Below are positions 21,463-33,642 of a DNA stretch of 64,000 nt, one piece after another. Location: NCBI GenBank assembly GCA_977862235.1, contig OZ374561.1:2356001-2420000 (forward strand), written 5' to 3'. The position numbers and the translations under genes are program-made. Origin of the DNA: Dudresnaya verticillata (Eukaryota). The notes under the pieces are model-generated. The model searched no databases. It was given only the letters and a program-made list of their open reading frames with translations, and was not told the origin of the DNA. The first letter of the stretch is position 1, and the number at the start of each line of letters is the position of its first letter.

Positions 21463-24400
21463 TTAAGTTTCAGGGAAAGGTATCCCTTTTTGGCGATGGT
21501 ACCTCGCCACCAAATTGAGAGGGAGATGCCCCTTGGGCTCCCAAGTGTCCTTGGAAGCTGGGCTCTGGAACCACCGCACACGATAAAGGTGTGTGTCGGG
21601 GTCATAGGAAACGATCCTTTCGTACACGTGTTCGCGTGCTGGTGCCTTCTTGAAGCGCGAGAATTTGCGGCTTGCCGTCCCTTCAGCCACTGTCGGCGGA
21701 GATGATGACGCGTCCACCCCCTCATCTCTAGGAGCATTCTCCTGTCGTTGGGGGACAACAGGCGCAGTATGGGCGCCGCTAGTTTGCGCATCCCCACCTG
21801 TGTCAGCCAGTGTCTCGCCTTCAGCACCAGGTGCTTCGGGATGGGCCGGTTCATTACCGCCTGATGCGGTATTCATCGGGGGCCCAGTGCCGTTTGTGTT
21901 GGGCCCGTCGGTTGGCCCAGTTGGGCTACTTGAAGGTGCTGCACCTGTCTCCGGTGGCATTTCCACTACTGTGGGAGTCATGTATAGTGCCAGCGGCGCT
22001 TCGTGTGGCGATGAAGCCAAGGTGACTCGGTCCAAAGAGATTGCTTCTCTCTCGCCCTTGATGTCGAGAACCACCACATAGGTTCCTCTGTCGAGGACCT
22101 TATTTGGCCCAAGGGCTTTCGGGAACAGTTTCCCTTCCCTGCCACGCCTGAAGCGTCCTTCACATTGGTTTCCCGTTCGAGAAATACCCACGACCCAGGA
22201 CGTACCTTTTGGTTAGCCGGTCGAATGCGGCTATTAAAGTTGGTTTCATAGCGCTTTTGCGCTAGTTGCATCCTCGGCAGAGCCGTATCCATGAACTTTT
22301 CCAGTCGAGCGGTTAGGCGCTTCTTGACGTTCGTAGCGGGTATCCCGTCAATGTCTACCGTTTCCGCTTGTTCCAGTAGTAGGGAAGTCGGTGAATTTGA
22401 CAATACCAAGTCAAAAGGGGCTAACCCTGTGGCGCGATGCACTGTCGTATTGTAAGCGTACGTGAGCGCTGAGGTGAACTCGTCCCAGTCCCTCTGGTCT
22501 TCCGCTATGAAGTGGCGAAGGCCCGCTAGGATGGTGCGGTCGAACCTCTCGGTTTGCCCATTAGTTTGGGGATGGTATGTCGACGTGAACATATTCCGAA
22601 TCCGTAGGATATCGCACACGGCGAGGAAGAACTTAGAGGCAAATTGAGACCCATTGTCTGAAAGGACGTAACGGGGCGGTCCATAGATAAAGACCCAATG
22701 GTCACAAAACGCCTTCGCCACTGTATAGGCGGTTACCGTTTTCATCGGTATTGCTCGCGTCAGCTTTGAGAAGCGGTCCGTCATAACCAACAGGAACTCG
22801 TTCCCTTTCCCGGAGCGGGGTAACGGGCCCAGGATATCGATTCCTACGAACTCTAACGGCATGGTTGCCGGGAAGAGTTTCATATGCGAAGCATGTTTTC
22901 GTAACTTCACCCGCTCTTGTGCGCATTTGACACAATTACGCACGGTGGCGTATACATCCAATGCCATCTCTGGCCAATATACCTGTCTTCGCAGGTTATG
23001 ATACATCCGGGTTCCACCTGGGTGTCCCGCCATCTCGGGGTAGTGGGCTAGGTGTAACGCCCTTTCCTTAAGAGAACGAGGTATGAGAACCTGTATTGCC
23101 TTGTCGTTATACGACTTCCGGACTAGGAGTCCTCGTTCGTCCTCGAGATAGCAACCAGGCTTCCCGGCCTCGAGGTTCCTTCGGACCCAGATACAGAATT
23201 CATCTGTTTTCTGCTCACGGAGCAACTCTTCTGTGGTGATGAGGGATAGTCCCTTTTGTCCAGATTCCTTCTCGGCCACTTGGGCGATGACCGCTTCGTC
23301 ATCCGAATCGGACTCATCGACGGGTTCAATTTCCCATACTTCCAACGGTCGCGTGTTGGGCTCCGGTCGCGACCTTTCGCAGGGTTCGTCCCTCGGATCC
23401 GTCTCGAGGACTAGACACGGGATTTCCAAGTCCGGTTCCCATGGCGTGAAGCCATACGTGGGCAGCCGAGATACGGCATCAGCAATCTGATTCTTTTGCC
23501 TTTTCGGTACTGGACCGTGAAGTCGTATTCCAGGAGGCGTAATCTCCAACGGGCCAACCGTCCAGAAGCATCTGTCATGCTCATCATCCATTTCAGCGCT
23601 TGATGGTCTGTATACAGGTCAAAGTGGGACCTTTCTAGATATGGTCTGAGCAATTGTGCCGCCCAGACCACTGCGAGGCACTCCTTTTCGCCTACAGAAT
23701 AATTCTTCTCTGCCTTCGTCAGTCCTCTGCTCCAGAAGCCTATCGGGTGTCGAGTCCCGTCTTCTTCGGCTTGCATCAGCGCGCAGCCAATTTGGTAGTC
23801 GCACGCGTCGGTATCCACCGATAGGGCCTTACCCTCTTGTGGCAACCTAAGAATAGGAGGCGCTATTAGCGCTGACTTCAGCAAGCCGAACGCCTCGCGC
23901 TGACGTTAATTGAACTGTGGCTGTTCAAAACCCACTTCCTTCTGAAGGAGGGCATTGAGCGGAGCTGCCACGCGAGCGAAGTTAGGCACGAATCGCCTGT
24001 AGACGTTGCATTGACCGATGAAAGACCGCAACTGGGTCTGGGTGGTCGGCTCCTTGAAGCCTTCAATGGCTTGCGTATTCTTAGTCGCCACTTCTAATAA
24101 ACCCGGACGGATGACGTGCCCTAGGTAGTCGACACTCTTTGCGAAGAAGTTACACTTCTTGAGTTTCAAGGAGACCCCTGCTTCTTGTAATACAGAGAGA
24201 ATCTCTCTTACGTGCGTGACATCCTCGTCGACAGTCGCAGAGAATACGATAATATCGTCGAGGTATACGAGGCACGATTTCCATCGAAATCCTGATAAGA
24301 GGATGTCAACCGTTCGTTGAAATGTCGCCGGAGCGTTGCATAGCCCAAAGGGCATCCTGCAGAATTGGAAGCAGCCCGCGTGGCATGTAAAAGCAGTCTT

Positions 24401-25995
24401 ATGCTTATCCTCCGGTGAAACCGGAATCTGCCAGTAGCCTGAGTTGCAATCCAAGGTCGTGAAATATTGGGCTTCGCCCAAAGAGTCCAGACACTCGTCC
24501 ATGCGTGGCAGAGGATATGTATCCTTCACAGTTATCGCGTTAAGCTTGCGATAGTCTACGCAAAAGCGGAGTGACCCGTCGGGCTTCTTAACCAAGACGA
24601 CGGGGCTCGCAAACTCAGAGCGTGCAGGCTCTATAACGCCTTCTTTGAGCATTTTGTCGACCTCATCCTGTTCTGCTTGACGGGCTTTAGGGCCCGACCG
24701 ATACGGTTGCGTAAACACAGGTTTCGAACCTTCTTGGAGCTCAATTCGGTGTTCGGTCACCTTAATGGTGCCGAGTTGTCCGTCCCACATACCGGCGAAC
24801 GGTTTCAGCATTTTGAGCACGCGGCGCCGATCCGAAGTGGACAGGTGTTCCAGCTCGAGGTCATCAACCGTACTAGCGGTTGTCGCTGATGTTGCGATTT
24901 TGATTCCAGGCTTAGAGACTATATCCGTCTTCAGAGCAGCAGCAAGCCCCGCCCCCCTACATCGGAGAATGTTTCGGACGAGGGAAGCGAGTCACTGTCA
25001 GGAACATTATCCTCGATGGAGACAGTGTAGACCGGCGTCTGCGTGGGCGCCGGTACAGCCTTGCCAAGGCTTTGATTCTTGGAAAGCCGTTGAGGACGCG
25101 AAGAGAAGTTCGCGACCTTGACGTGGAAGAGACGGTTCTCTTGAACGTTAACGATTCCATTCGTCAAAACGACTTGTCGGCGCTCGTATAAGCGGGGTAG
25201 GGATTCCAGGAAATGTGTTCCTTTGGCGGAACAGGTAACAGGAACCCATGACTCACTGCCGGGCAGTAAAGTAGTAGTTTGTGCGACGCGAAGGAGTCGC
25301 GAGGTAGGTAACGGGGGAACGTCCATTGGTTCGTCAGACCTGCCTTTACGAGGTATACCGCATCGGCGGCGTAGAATTGGGTGAATGGACCCGTCGCGAA
25401 GAACCATGTTCTGTTGGCGGACGCGTAACCCTTCCACGTGGGTATCGATAAATGTGCAACCCAATATGGCATCTACTGCCAATGCCCTTATGACAACAAA
25501 AGGTTGCCGAACCGTGTAGGACCCGAGCCTGATTATCAGGGAGACTGTTCCCAGTGTAGTTAGTCGGTGACTTGACGCGGAGGTCAAGTTCACAATTGAC
25601 CGTGTTGTAGAAATCCGTTTCTTGTCTTTCGGTGATAGAACATCCGCACGGATGAGATTAGGGCCTGCCCCTGTATCCAGTACGGAGAGCACACGAGTAA
25701 GATCGTCAACAGAAGTCCCGATGGACGCAGCTACTTTATAGTTGTAGCGCGACAAGGAGCAAACGGGATCCTTACAATATTCATGATACTTCCGTCCAGG
25801 GGGTAAGCCCACGGGACGCGCTAAGATCTTCTTGGAAAGAGAAGTGACAGATTCACTGACAACCGGTCGATCCGTTGAGGAGAAGCTTTCGAAGCTGTAG
25901 CTCGAGGAGCTTGATTCAACGTACCGATCGGGGGGTTCCGGTGCCACCTGAGATATGTGGTGTACCGAAACCGGTTCCCCCCTCGCTATTTTTTC
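21463..25995 (-). pseudogene. pol: Pol of element B copy 1: protease, RT, RNase H, integrase, chromodomain (frameshifted)
   Basis: VLDTGAG, YLDD, TDACD, HPGG...CVKC, integrase core, chromodomain YRVRW...DTWEP; split across ORFs 24931, 23906, 23411, 21978, 21463. Confidence 0.95.
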
Positions 25996-28673
25996 GCCTT
26001 CATTGCGGGCGACCGCGGTAGCGGTGGAGGTGGTGGAAAGGGACGAGTCCCTTGGCGTGGTGACCTGGGCGTTGGCCTCGGAGCGTCGATGGGGTGGTTC
26101 AATCTAGGTTGAAATTGAACCTGTCGATTTCCCCCTTGACTTGCACCCAAATTTTGACGGGATCCATCCGTTGCCCTATGGGCGGCCCGGCGGGCCCTCG
26201 CTCGTTAGCGAACTCCGGCAGTCGGCCAACGGTCGCCAGCCACGCTTTTTGCTCGTGTGATAGTTGATGAAACTGTCTTCTTTTTAAAGTCTCAAAAGGC
26301 TGCTCATCGGTTCGAGCCAAATGCGGACAGTTGGGCTTTTTATGGCCAATGCCATAGCATTCGAAGCAGATATCATTGGGTTGGTCTTCAACCGTCACCC
26401 ACCCAGGGCGTTGAGTCCTGGTTCGCTGTGCCCAGGCTGGGAGCCTATTGTTGTAGTTCTGCGGTACCGCGTCAACTTCACCGTGATACGGTTGGTCGTA
26501 GTAATACTGTGTCGACCACGAATCCGATTGGGTCCGCCGTTGATGGTGGCGCTTCGTTAGCGATGGCAGCTACGACTGCGTCTTCACTTTCCGCATCAGA
26601 GCCGCTGCTCTTTGAAGTATCCGAATCGGAGGCGGATGCATCCTTTGCCTGGCGAATTAGGAGCGCCCGCCCTGACTTGTGGGTACGAACCTTCTTCAAG
26701 GTCTTCCTTGGTAGCGTCCTATTCGCTTTTGGCGTTCGTCCGCCACCCACTAGCGCCCGATGGGAATCTCCCTGCGCAGTCGCAAGCTCGACATAATCCG
26801 CCAGTCTGGCAGTCTTTGGGTCCAAGGACGACGTACTTAAAAGCGGCTTCACCGCTGGTAGCAAACCCTGAATAAACCTGGTTATCAAATCTTGTTCGGT
26901 GTATACACCAGCGACTCGACGCGCTTTGTTCTACAACCTTCTCGAAAAGGTCACTTCGTCCTCATCTGGCTCCTGCACCATTGTGTCCATCTCAGAGGCA
27001 ATCCTCTCAATATAGACGTCCTTGGCATATGTCCGAAGAAGGTAATTCACGGCTTCGGGCCATTCGATGAAACCACCATTGTCGTCACCCGCAGCGTCAA
27101 AATTCGCTTCAAACATATCCTTCGCATCCTTCTCGAGGAACTCGGGGATGAAGAGGATAGCGGCACCTTCGCTGATATGGGCTTGATCGAGCTGCCTCTT
27201 CAGCGTGGCTAAGAAGCCAATAATTGACACTGGGTCACTCCCGTCAAAACGGCGACTCCGCATAACGGACTTGACACGTTTGATTTTCTTCGTGGTCGCC
27301 TCGGTCACCTCGGGCCCGCGGTAATCATCCAGGTTCAATAACCTATATCTTCTATAGGACAGCACCTGTATGAATGCGGGATTCCTAGGAGTCAACTCCT
27401 TCACACCGGAACGTCGGGGACCCCTCCAGGAAGACCATGACGGTCTAGAATGCGAACGGGAACCCGGTCCTTCTTCATCCGAGGGACCCGGATTAGGGTG
27501 AGACCCTGACCGAGGATTCTCCTCGTGACGATGGCTTGAATATCTGTCACGATGAGAATCAACTTGGTCGCGGTGTGCAGAAGACCCAATTGGTCTGGTG
27601 CACTTGCAACCCAGTTGGCAACGGCCTCCATCTCCTTCACCTTGGGACCCACTGTCCGACCCCCTATGGGGTAGCCTCCTACGCCTGTCGCGCGTACCGC
27701 GAGGCACTGGTGAGCGCCGTCTCATGACTTCAGGGATATTATCCCTCTCGCGGGTTACGCGCCGCATCTGCAATTCCAGAAAAGCGACACGACGCTTCTC
27801 CTCATCGAGTTCTTTCCTTAGGACCTCGATGGCTCTGTCCTGTTCAACGCACCGTGCGTTGTCCACGTTAAATTGAACGTCCGCAATAGCCATTGCGGCT
27901 TCTGTCCTGGAAAGGTCGGCAGCCTTCGTGGCTTCATCTAATTCAAGATGAACCGATTCCAACTGGTCCCCCATTGAGTCCACTTGGGCTTGTAGGGTCT
28001 CGACCCTTTCCTTATCTAAACCCCTCAGGGGGCGTTGTTGGCAACGAGAACTGACCATTTCTTGGCACTTAGCCAGTAGCTGGTCGTCTCGACGCGTGGT
28101 GGCGTCGTCGAAATAGCGTTTCACCCGTGTGAGGGTTTCATCCGCCTGGCTTTCAAGCAGCGCCAATACGCTAGTGCCGAGAGCATTCTCGATGCCGGTC
28201 TCGACCAAGTGACCAATTTCACGCTCCGTAAAGCACCGTTGGTCGCTTGAGTTCGCCTTCGTTCTCATCGGCATTCCGATATCGGGTGGAAGCGATGAAG
28301 TCGTTTCTTCGTCTAAGGCCAATCCGCCTGTGTCATGCTGGCTGTAACCAGCTTGAAGCATCGGCGGTGGCAGCGTACTAGGGTCCGGACTCTCATTCGC
28401 ACCAATGTTGGCGGTGCTTGCGGCTGCAGTCCGGGCCGTATTTTCTCCTTCAGGGATCTGTCCCTTTCCATGGGCAGACGGGTCTTCGTCTCCTGGTGCG
28501 CCCGCCATTCGGGGCGGGCGTTCCACTTCTCCTACTGTAGGACCTCGAGCCAAAGCGGCTATTACAGCGCGGGTTCTTGCTCCCGTGGTCCTCACGGAGG
28601 ATAAGCTGCCGGTACATCTACCAGCCCGGCTTGTTAAGCCTGGGCGGGTGGTTTCACCGTTAGATGTCGGCAT
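25986..28673 (-). pseudogene. gag: Gag of element B copy 1 (frameshifted) with CCHC zinc knuckle
   Basis: FDGSDPVSIIGFL...VNYLLRTYA; CFECYGIGHKKPNC; ends at G AAA AAA TAG followed by a stem-loop (putative -1 frameshift). Confidence 0.88.
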
Positions 28674-29158
28674 CTTCTAAACGAGGTTGTTATCGACAAC
28701 GTTAAAACATAGGATTCGGTCCTGTGGTTGCGCTAATCGGGGAACTTCTCCCTAGGATGGCAAACTTCTCAGAACCGTAGTTCTCGGGGTTACGGGCGAT
28801 TCTGTCCGCGTGGAACTCCCAACGCGCGCGACCGCACAGCCCGTATACAGACGTGTTTTTGTTGACAGGTGTCACGATAACCTGCAGGAAGAGTTCCTTG
28901 AAGGGGCGTCACTCCACGACCAGGATCTTGTTCCTTGTACACAATTAAAAACCGCAGAAGCGGTGGCAGTTGCTTGCCTCGAATTTGACGCAACTTCGAA
29001 GCTTGGTATGAAGCTGAGAAACCGTCGACACTTGGCCGACTAGGATATCACCCTCAGGAAGTAGTTCCTTGAATTCTTGCACGGGGAATTCTCGTCCCGT
29101 GGGAAGGTCCGAAAGAAGACTTTCGGATGAGGTAGTAAAAAGGGGCCGACCCTGAAAA

Positions 29159-29179
29159 CGATTCTAGGTCGGGAGACCA
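29159..29179 (-). promoter_or_regulatory. Primer-binding site of element B, probably tRNA-Tyr
   Basis: Minus strand TGGTCTCCCGACCTAGAATCG, 1 nt from the 5' LTR; the first 18 nt are identical to element A's PBS. Confidence 0.8.
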
Positions 29180-29180
29180 C

Positions 29181-29825
29181 TGTAGTAGTGTTGGTAGTCA
29201 AGGCAGAAACCCGGCACCCGGCAAGGACAGCTTCCCTGACGGTGCACAACACACTAGCTTAGGTAGCTCGGGAAAAGGGGTTGGTAGAGTCTTTGAAAGG
29301 CACAGAGCCTAAGGGAAAAGGGGGAAAAGGGGCGGCGCCACCCAGCTCGCACAGAGCAACCGTCGTGTGGAGGCAAGGCTCGTAAAGCACCTGAAAGGGA
29401 GGTTACGGTGAGTCCGTGAATTCCAGAAAAAGGGGAAAGACCCGAAACCCACCGTAGGTTCTATTCAGGAGGCCCCTGCTACTCAGGGGCCTATTAAGTA
29501 TACAGAGCCGAAAATGCTCTTACCTCCTATGAGCTATTCTAAGCTATTCTAACTGTCATTATTAATCTAATTGTACTGTTGTCAGTTATAAATACGGATT
29601 AGTGGTAGTACCGCGTCGGGACGCGTGAGTGGCCACAATAAATTACCCAATGGCAATTTGCCATCAATTTTGGTGCCAGCAAGGACGCCAGCAGGGCGCC
29701 TCATCCTTACAGCGCACGGTGCTTGTGCGCGCCTTACAGCTTGATGTGCGTGGGCGTCTTACACCTTAATGCGCACAAATACCTTACAGTGCGCCAGCAC
29801 TTCTGCTGCGGCTCATTCTTCCACA
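29181..29825 (-). repeat. 5' LTR of element B copy 1
   Basis: Direct repeat of 16656-17300, adjacent to the PBS. Confidence 0.97.
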
Positions 29826-29830
29826 GAGTG

Positions 29831-29904
29831 GAGCTTTCGCGGGTACTGTAGGGTCTCCTACTGTAGTCTACCGGAATAAACTACTGTAGTGTTTTGCCAA
29901 AGCC
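29831..29904 (-). mobile_element. Candidate 5' terminus/subterminal region of the Harbinger element
   Basis: Lies just upstream of the transposase ATG once element B is removed; three TACTGTAG copies; the minus strand begins GGC(TTTGGC)AAAACACTACAGTAG. No partner TIR seen. Confidence 0.4.
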
Positions 29905-30626
29905 TCGTGTGTTTTTTATTTCGGTTCGCAATGTGGGATTAGAAAATACCAAAGAAATCATCCCACATCTGTCTGCTAAAACCTTCTACTGCCTCACAGT
30001 GGTGGGCATGAAGTTACAATCAAATTGTGGGCGCTGTTCAACAGCTATAGCAATGTGCCACACCGTAAGAGAATCGCTGGACATTCTTTTTAGTCTTTCC
30101 TGCTAGGACTAAATGTACGTTTATCGGCTCCGCACGCTCCTGGCACCATGCAGGAATGTGTGGAGCCGGCAAACGGAGCCGGCAAATGTTGCCTGTAGGT
30201 GCTGACTGCAACCCACGCATGGTATACCGCGGCAAACCCCACGGTCTCCAAACCTGTCCTGTTGGGGCAGCGCTATACCGACTGCTGTGATGGCAATGCT
30301 GATACACGGGTTGACACTGCCATTCGTGCCACCCGTGCCATCCGTGCCATCCGCCTGTCTGTGCCAACTCGGTGCCAGCGCAGCTATGCCGTCTGCAACC
30401 AGGGTCACGGTCACGGTCACGGTCACGTTACTGCCATTTACCTCCCAGCTTACACTTCCCTTCTATTTTTACCTTTTCCCTTGGCTACCCCGCGCCCTTT
30501 TTCCCGCCCTAGCGGCCTCTACAGATTCCAGACTTCCAGTTTCCAGACTTCAAGAATCTCAAATATGATTTTATTGGTTTCAATCTATGCGTAAAGTCTA
30601 TCACCATTTACTAGCGATTGAAAAGT

Positions 30627-32171
30627 TCATACTGAGCGTAGTTGTTCCGTAACGCATGCGGTTGTCACTGGCTTCGAATCGCATGGATGTGTCGGAAAAG
30701 GAGATGAAGCGCGAACTACAGCTATCCTTGAACTACGCAGCATATCAGAAAGAAGCGCGTGACGGTTCATATTCTTTGCACTACGGCTCCGGGAAAACAA
30801 CATCTGATGTAGAGCAGCCATTTGTAGCAGCTCCGGTGTTCGTTTAGGGGCACCGACAACAAGTGTTGACACTCTCTTACAGTCGTTCATATCTGGAAGC
30901 CCGCAGAAGGCAAAAGGCATACCTTCAGATATACCACTTCTGATATACTTCCCCAATCCTCCAATTGGCTTCAATGAGAAGTCAACAAAAAGGCCTCCAA
31001 ACTTGTGTAGAATATGCATCTTCGCGAAGTCTTCGAAGGCTTCATTTCTGTTTTGATAGGTTGTCCAATAGTGCTTCATAATGTTAGGGAAATACTTCAG
31101 GAGAAGATCGCTGGTCCAAACTAGGGTGATACATCCTGTGTTACTGTTCTCCCACTGACTAATCCGTAAGGCCTTTTCCGGGGCGAGCGGAGAACATTCA
31201 GCCCCATCCATGCATGAAAGGTCTATAAAATGGAAGATGTCATTCGGATTCCCAGTATTGGACTTGAGAACAACCCAAGACCGAAAGATTGTTAGGTGCC
31301 AGTCTGGCCATGAAATGTATTGGTCGCGCAGTGCGAAGAATAAGTTGACTGCGCCTTTGACAGCCTGTGCGCTGTAGTCCACGGAGCCGTCTGCTTGAAT
31401 ATTCCAGTTCTGGCCATCTTTGAGCCGAACATTGAGACTATCAGCATAGTCATGCCCTGAGATCACTCCCCCGACTCGAACTTTTGGGTACCAAGCTTCT
31501 AAATCCTCCATGACGCCTTGGTAATCATGTCGTGCGTCAACGAAGGCGTAATCAAAAGAGGAAGACTCGAATCTTTCAGCGCAAATCGCAGAGTAGTTAT
31601 GGCATACCTCAATCTTTTCTTTCCAACGCTCCACATTGGACAGAGCAGTCCTCTTATAGTCCTCGTGAACACTCTGTTGTACATTTGAAAAGTCCAAATA
31701 ATTCTCTTGGGGCCCCCATAGATCAACAAGAACGTATTTCTCACAAGACTTCCAATGCTTTAAGATCCTTTGAGAAAAGCGGCCTTTTTGAACACCTACC
31801 TCTACTCCGTTCTTCAGTGAAAGAAAATCCAATACACTTCCGATTACGTTCCTGGTTGTGTTCTTTGTGAAGGTAATCCGATTTGCTTTTGTTTCATCTA
31901 TATCGAAGCCAAAATTTTCAGCCCTCTTAAGTCGAGTTGTCAAGATATTTCCAGAACGCCGTTCTGGTTTGCGTTCCTGAAGATGGGACATGTCTCGGTA
32001 CAAGTGGAACCGTGATGCATTTGTTGAGTAAGACGGTGAGACTGCCCCCTTCTTGGCATGTAGCATTGGAGCCAGCAGAAATATGAGTAAGATAGACACT
32101 ATGGGAATCCATTGGAAACGAGAACACACAACTGGTACTTTCCACCGATTCGAAGAGTACATAGGAGGCAT
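30627..32171 (-). CDS. Membrane-anchored class I SAM methyltransferase (Methyltransf_24-like) fused to a GT32-like domain, copy 1
   Basis: N-terminal hydrophobic helix WIPIVSILLIFLLAP; GVEVGVQKG motif I; FVDARHDY...GGVISGHDY; C-terminal DFAKMHILHKFGGLFVDFS resembles GT32 D..R..IL...GG.Y.D.D. Intronless. Confidence 0.8.
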   Translation of the reverse strand: MPPMYSSNRWKVPVVCSRFQWIPIVSILLIFLLAPMLHAKKGAVSPSYSTNASRFHLYRDMSHLQERKPERRSGNILTTRLKRAENFGFDIDETKANRITFTKNTTRNVIGSVLDFLSLKNGVEVGVQKGRFSQRILKHWKSCEKYVLVDLWGPQENYLDFSNVQQSVHEDYKRTALSNVERWKEKIEVCHNYSAICAERFESSSFDYAFVDARHDYQGVMEDLEAWYPKVRVGGVISGHDYADSLNVRLKDGQNWNIQADGSVDYSAQAVKGAVNLFFALRDQYISWPDWHLTIFRSWVVLKSNTGNPNDIFHFIDLSCMDGAECSPLAPEKALRISQWENSNTGCITLVWTSDLLLKYFPNIMKHYWTTYQNRNEAFEDFAKMHILHKFGGLFVDFSLKPIGGLGKYIRSGISEGMPFAFCGLPDMNDCKRVSTLVVGAPKRTPELLQMAALHQMLFSRSRSAKNMNRHALLSDMLRSSRIAVVRASSPFPTHPCDSKPVTTACVTEQLRSV

Positions 32172-32455
32172 CTGCAAAAGCTAGAAAAGGAATACTCCGG
32201 AATGCATAGCCGGGCGAAGATCCGCCCCGCATTCACTACAAACTTTGAAATGGAGAACTTCCCGCAAATATATGGCTCACGCTTATGGAAGGGAACTGAG
32301 GAGTCTCCGATTGCAGACTTCGTTGCCCTGGAGCCCGCTGTTACCGATCGCTGCCAAGCTGCACTCAAGCTCTATATTGCAGTAGAGACTTGAGGCCCAG
32401 CAGATACTAACTCTTGGATACACTCGGGCGCAAATTTGGGGGTGGTTTCACTTTT

Positions 32456-32757
32456 GTGACATTTCGCTCTGCAGGCCACTTCATCTTCTGAACGATGCGG
32501 TAGATGTCACTTTTGCGGAAGCGAATGCGCTGCAGGCAGACCATGTCGTCGATGGCGTCAAGGTCGAAGCGCATCTCGCTAATGCGCAGGTGCCTCTAGC
32601 GGCTGAGAGCCTGCTCTCCCTCGGCGTAGAGCACGTCCCGCAGGAAGAAGCAGGCCATGGCGTTGCTCAGATCCGCGCCGCGGGAGCGTGCCACAAGCAG
32701 AATGGACTCTGTAGATCGGTCGCGGTGCTTGGAAATGGTAGCGTCACGGATCCGCAT
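32456..32757 (-). pseudogene. Duplicated N-terminal fragment of the Harbinger transposase
   Basis: Copy of 16332-16633, truncated at the duplication junction. Confidence 0.85.
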
Positions 32758-33642
32758 GTTGTGTTGCCTGGCTGGAGTGTGTAGTAGTGTTGGTCGTCAA
32801 GGCAGAAACCCGCCACCCGGCAAGGACAGCTGCCCTGACGGTGCACAACACACTAGCTTAGGTAGCTCGGGAAAAGGGGTTGGTAGAGTCTTTGAAAGGC
32901 ACAGAGCCTAAGGGAAAAGGGGGAAAAGGGGCGGCGCCACCCAGCTCGCACAGAGCAACCGTCGTGTGGAGGCAAGGCTCGTAAAGCACCTGAAAGGGAG
33001 GTTACGGTGAGTCCGTGAATTCCAGAAAAAGGGGAAAGACCCGAAACCCACCGTAGGTTCTATTCAGGAGGCCCCTGCTACTCAGGGGCCTATTAAGTAT
33101 ACAGAGCCGAAAATGCTCTTACCTCCTATGAGCTATTCTAAGCTGTTCTAACTGTCATTATTAATCTAATTGTACTGTTGTCAGTTATAAATACGGATTA
33201 GTGGTAGTACCGCGTCGGGACGCGTGAGTGGCCACAATAAATTACCCAATGGCAATTTGCCATCAATTTTGGTGCCAGCAAGGACGCCAGCAGGGCGCCT
33301 CATCCTTACAGCGCACGGTGCTTGTGCGCGCCTTACAGCTTGATGCGCGTGGGCGTCTTACACCTTAATGCGCACAGATACCTTACAGTGCGCCAGCACT
33401 TCTGCTGCGGCTCATTCTTCCACACGGCCCCCTCGTTAAAGCTGAGAGACCCGCGAAGCCAGCAAGGCTGTTTCTATTGGCCCCGTCTTGGACGAGCTTG
33501 AAATCCCAGTGGGGTATTGGGCCAACAGGTCACTTGTAACTGCCGCCACTGGCGGCCGTTGTGGAACCGTTCGCAGTAGTGACAAATCACTGACTTCGCC
33601 GTCCCACTCTCGACGACGACCGTCTGACTATTCCGACGACCA

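Larger units (their letters stand above)
16656..29825 (-). mobile_element. Full-length Ty3/gypsy chromodomain LTR retrotransposon B, copy 1 (decayed)
   Basis: Two 645-bp LTRs (~6 differences), TSD GAGTG (16651-16655, 29826-29830), PBS, gag-pol on the minus strand, PPT at ~17304-17313. Confidence 0.97.

Noticed and set aside
19580..28550. CTCGAG(G) as an element-B motif (~8 copies)
   Set aside because: Mild excess for a short word; not convincing without a multiple-testing-corrected count.
29159..29179. tRNA gene
   Set aside because: Only the 3' 21 nt including CCA are present, next to an LTR, so it is a PBS.
29905..30600. Small ORFs (30038-30367, 30199-30594, 30287-30568; duplicated at 46163-46719)
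   Set aside because: Their apparent motifs come from microrepeats (CGTGCCA, GGTCAC, TTCCAG); there is no supported frame.
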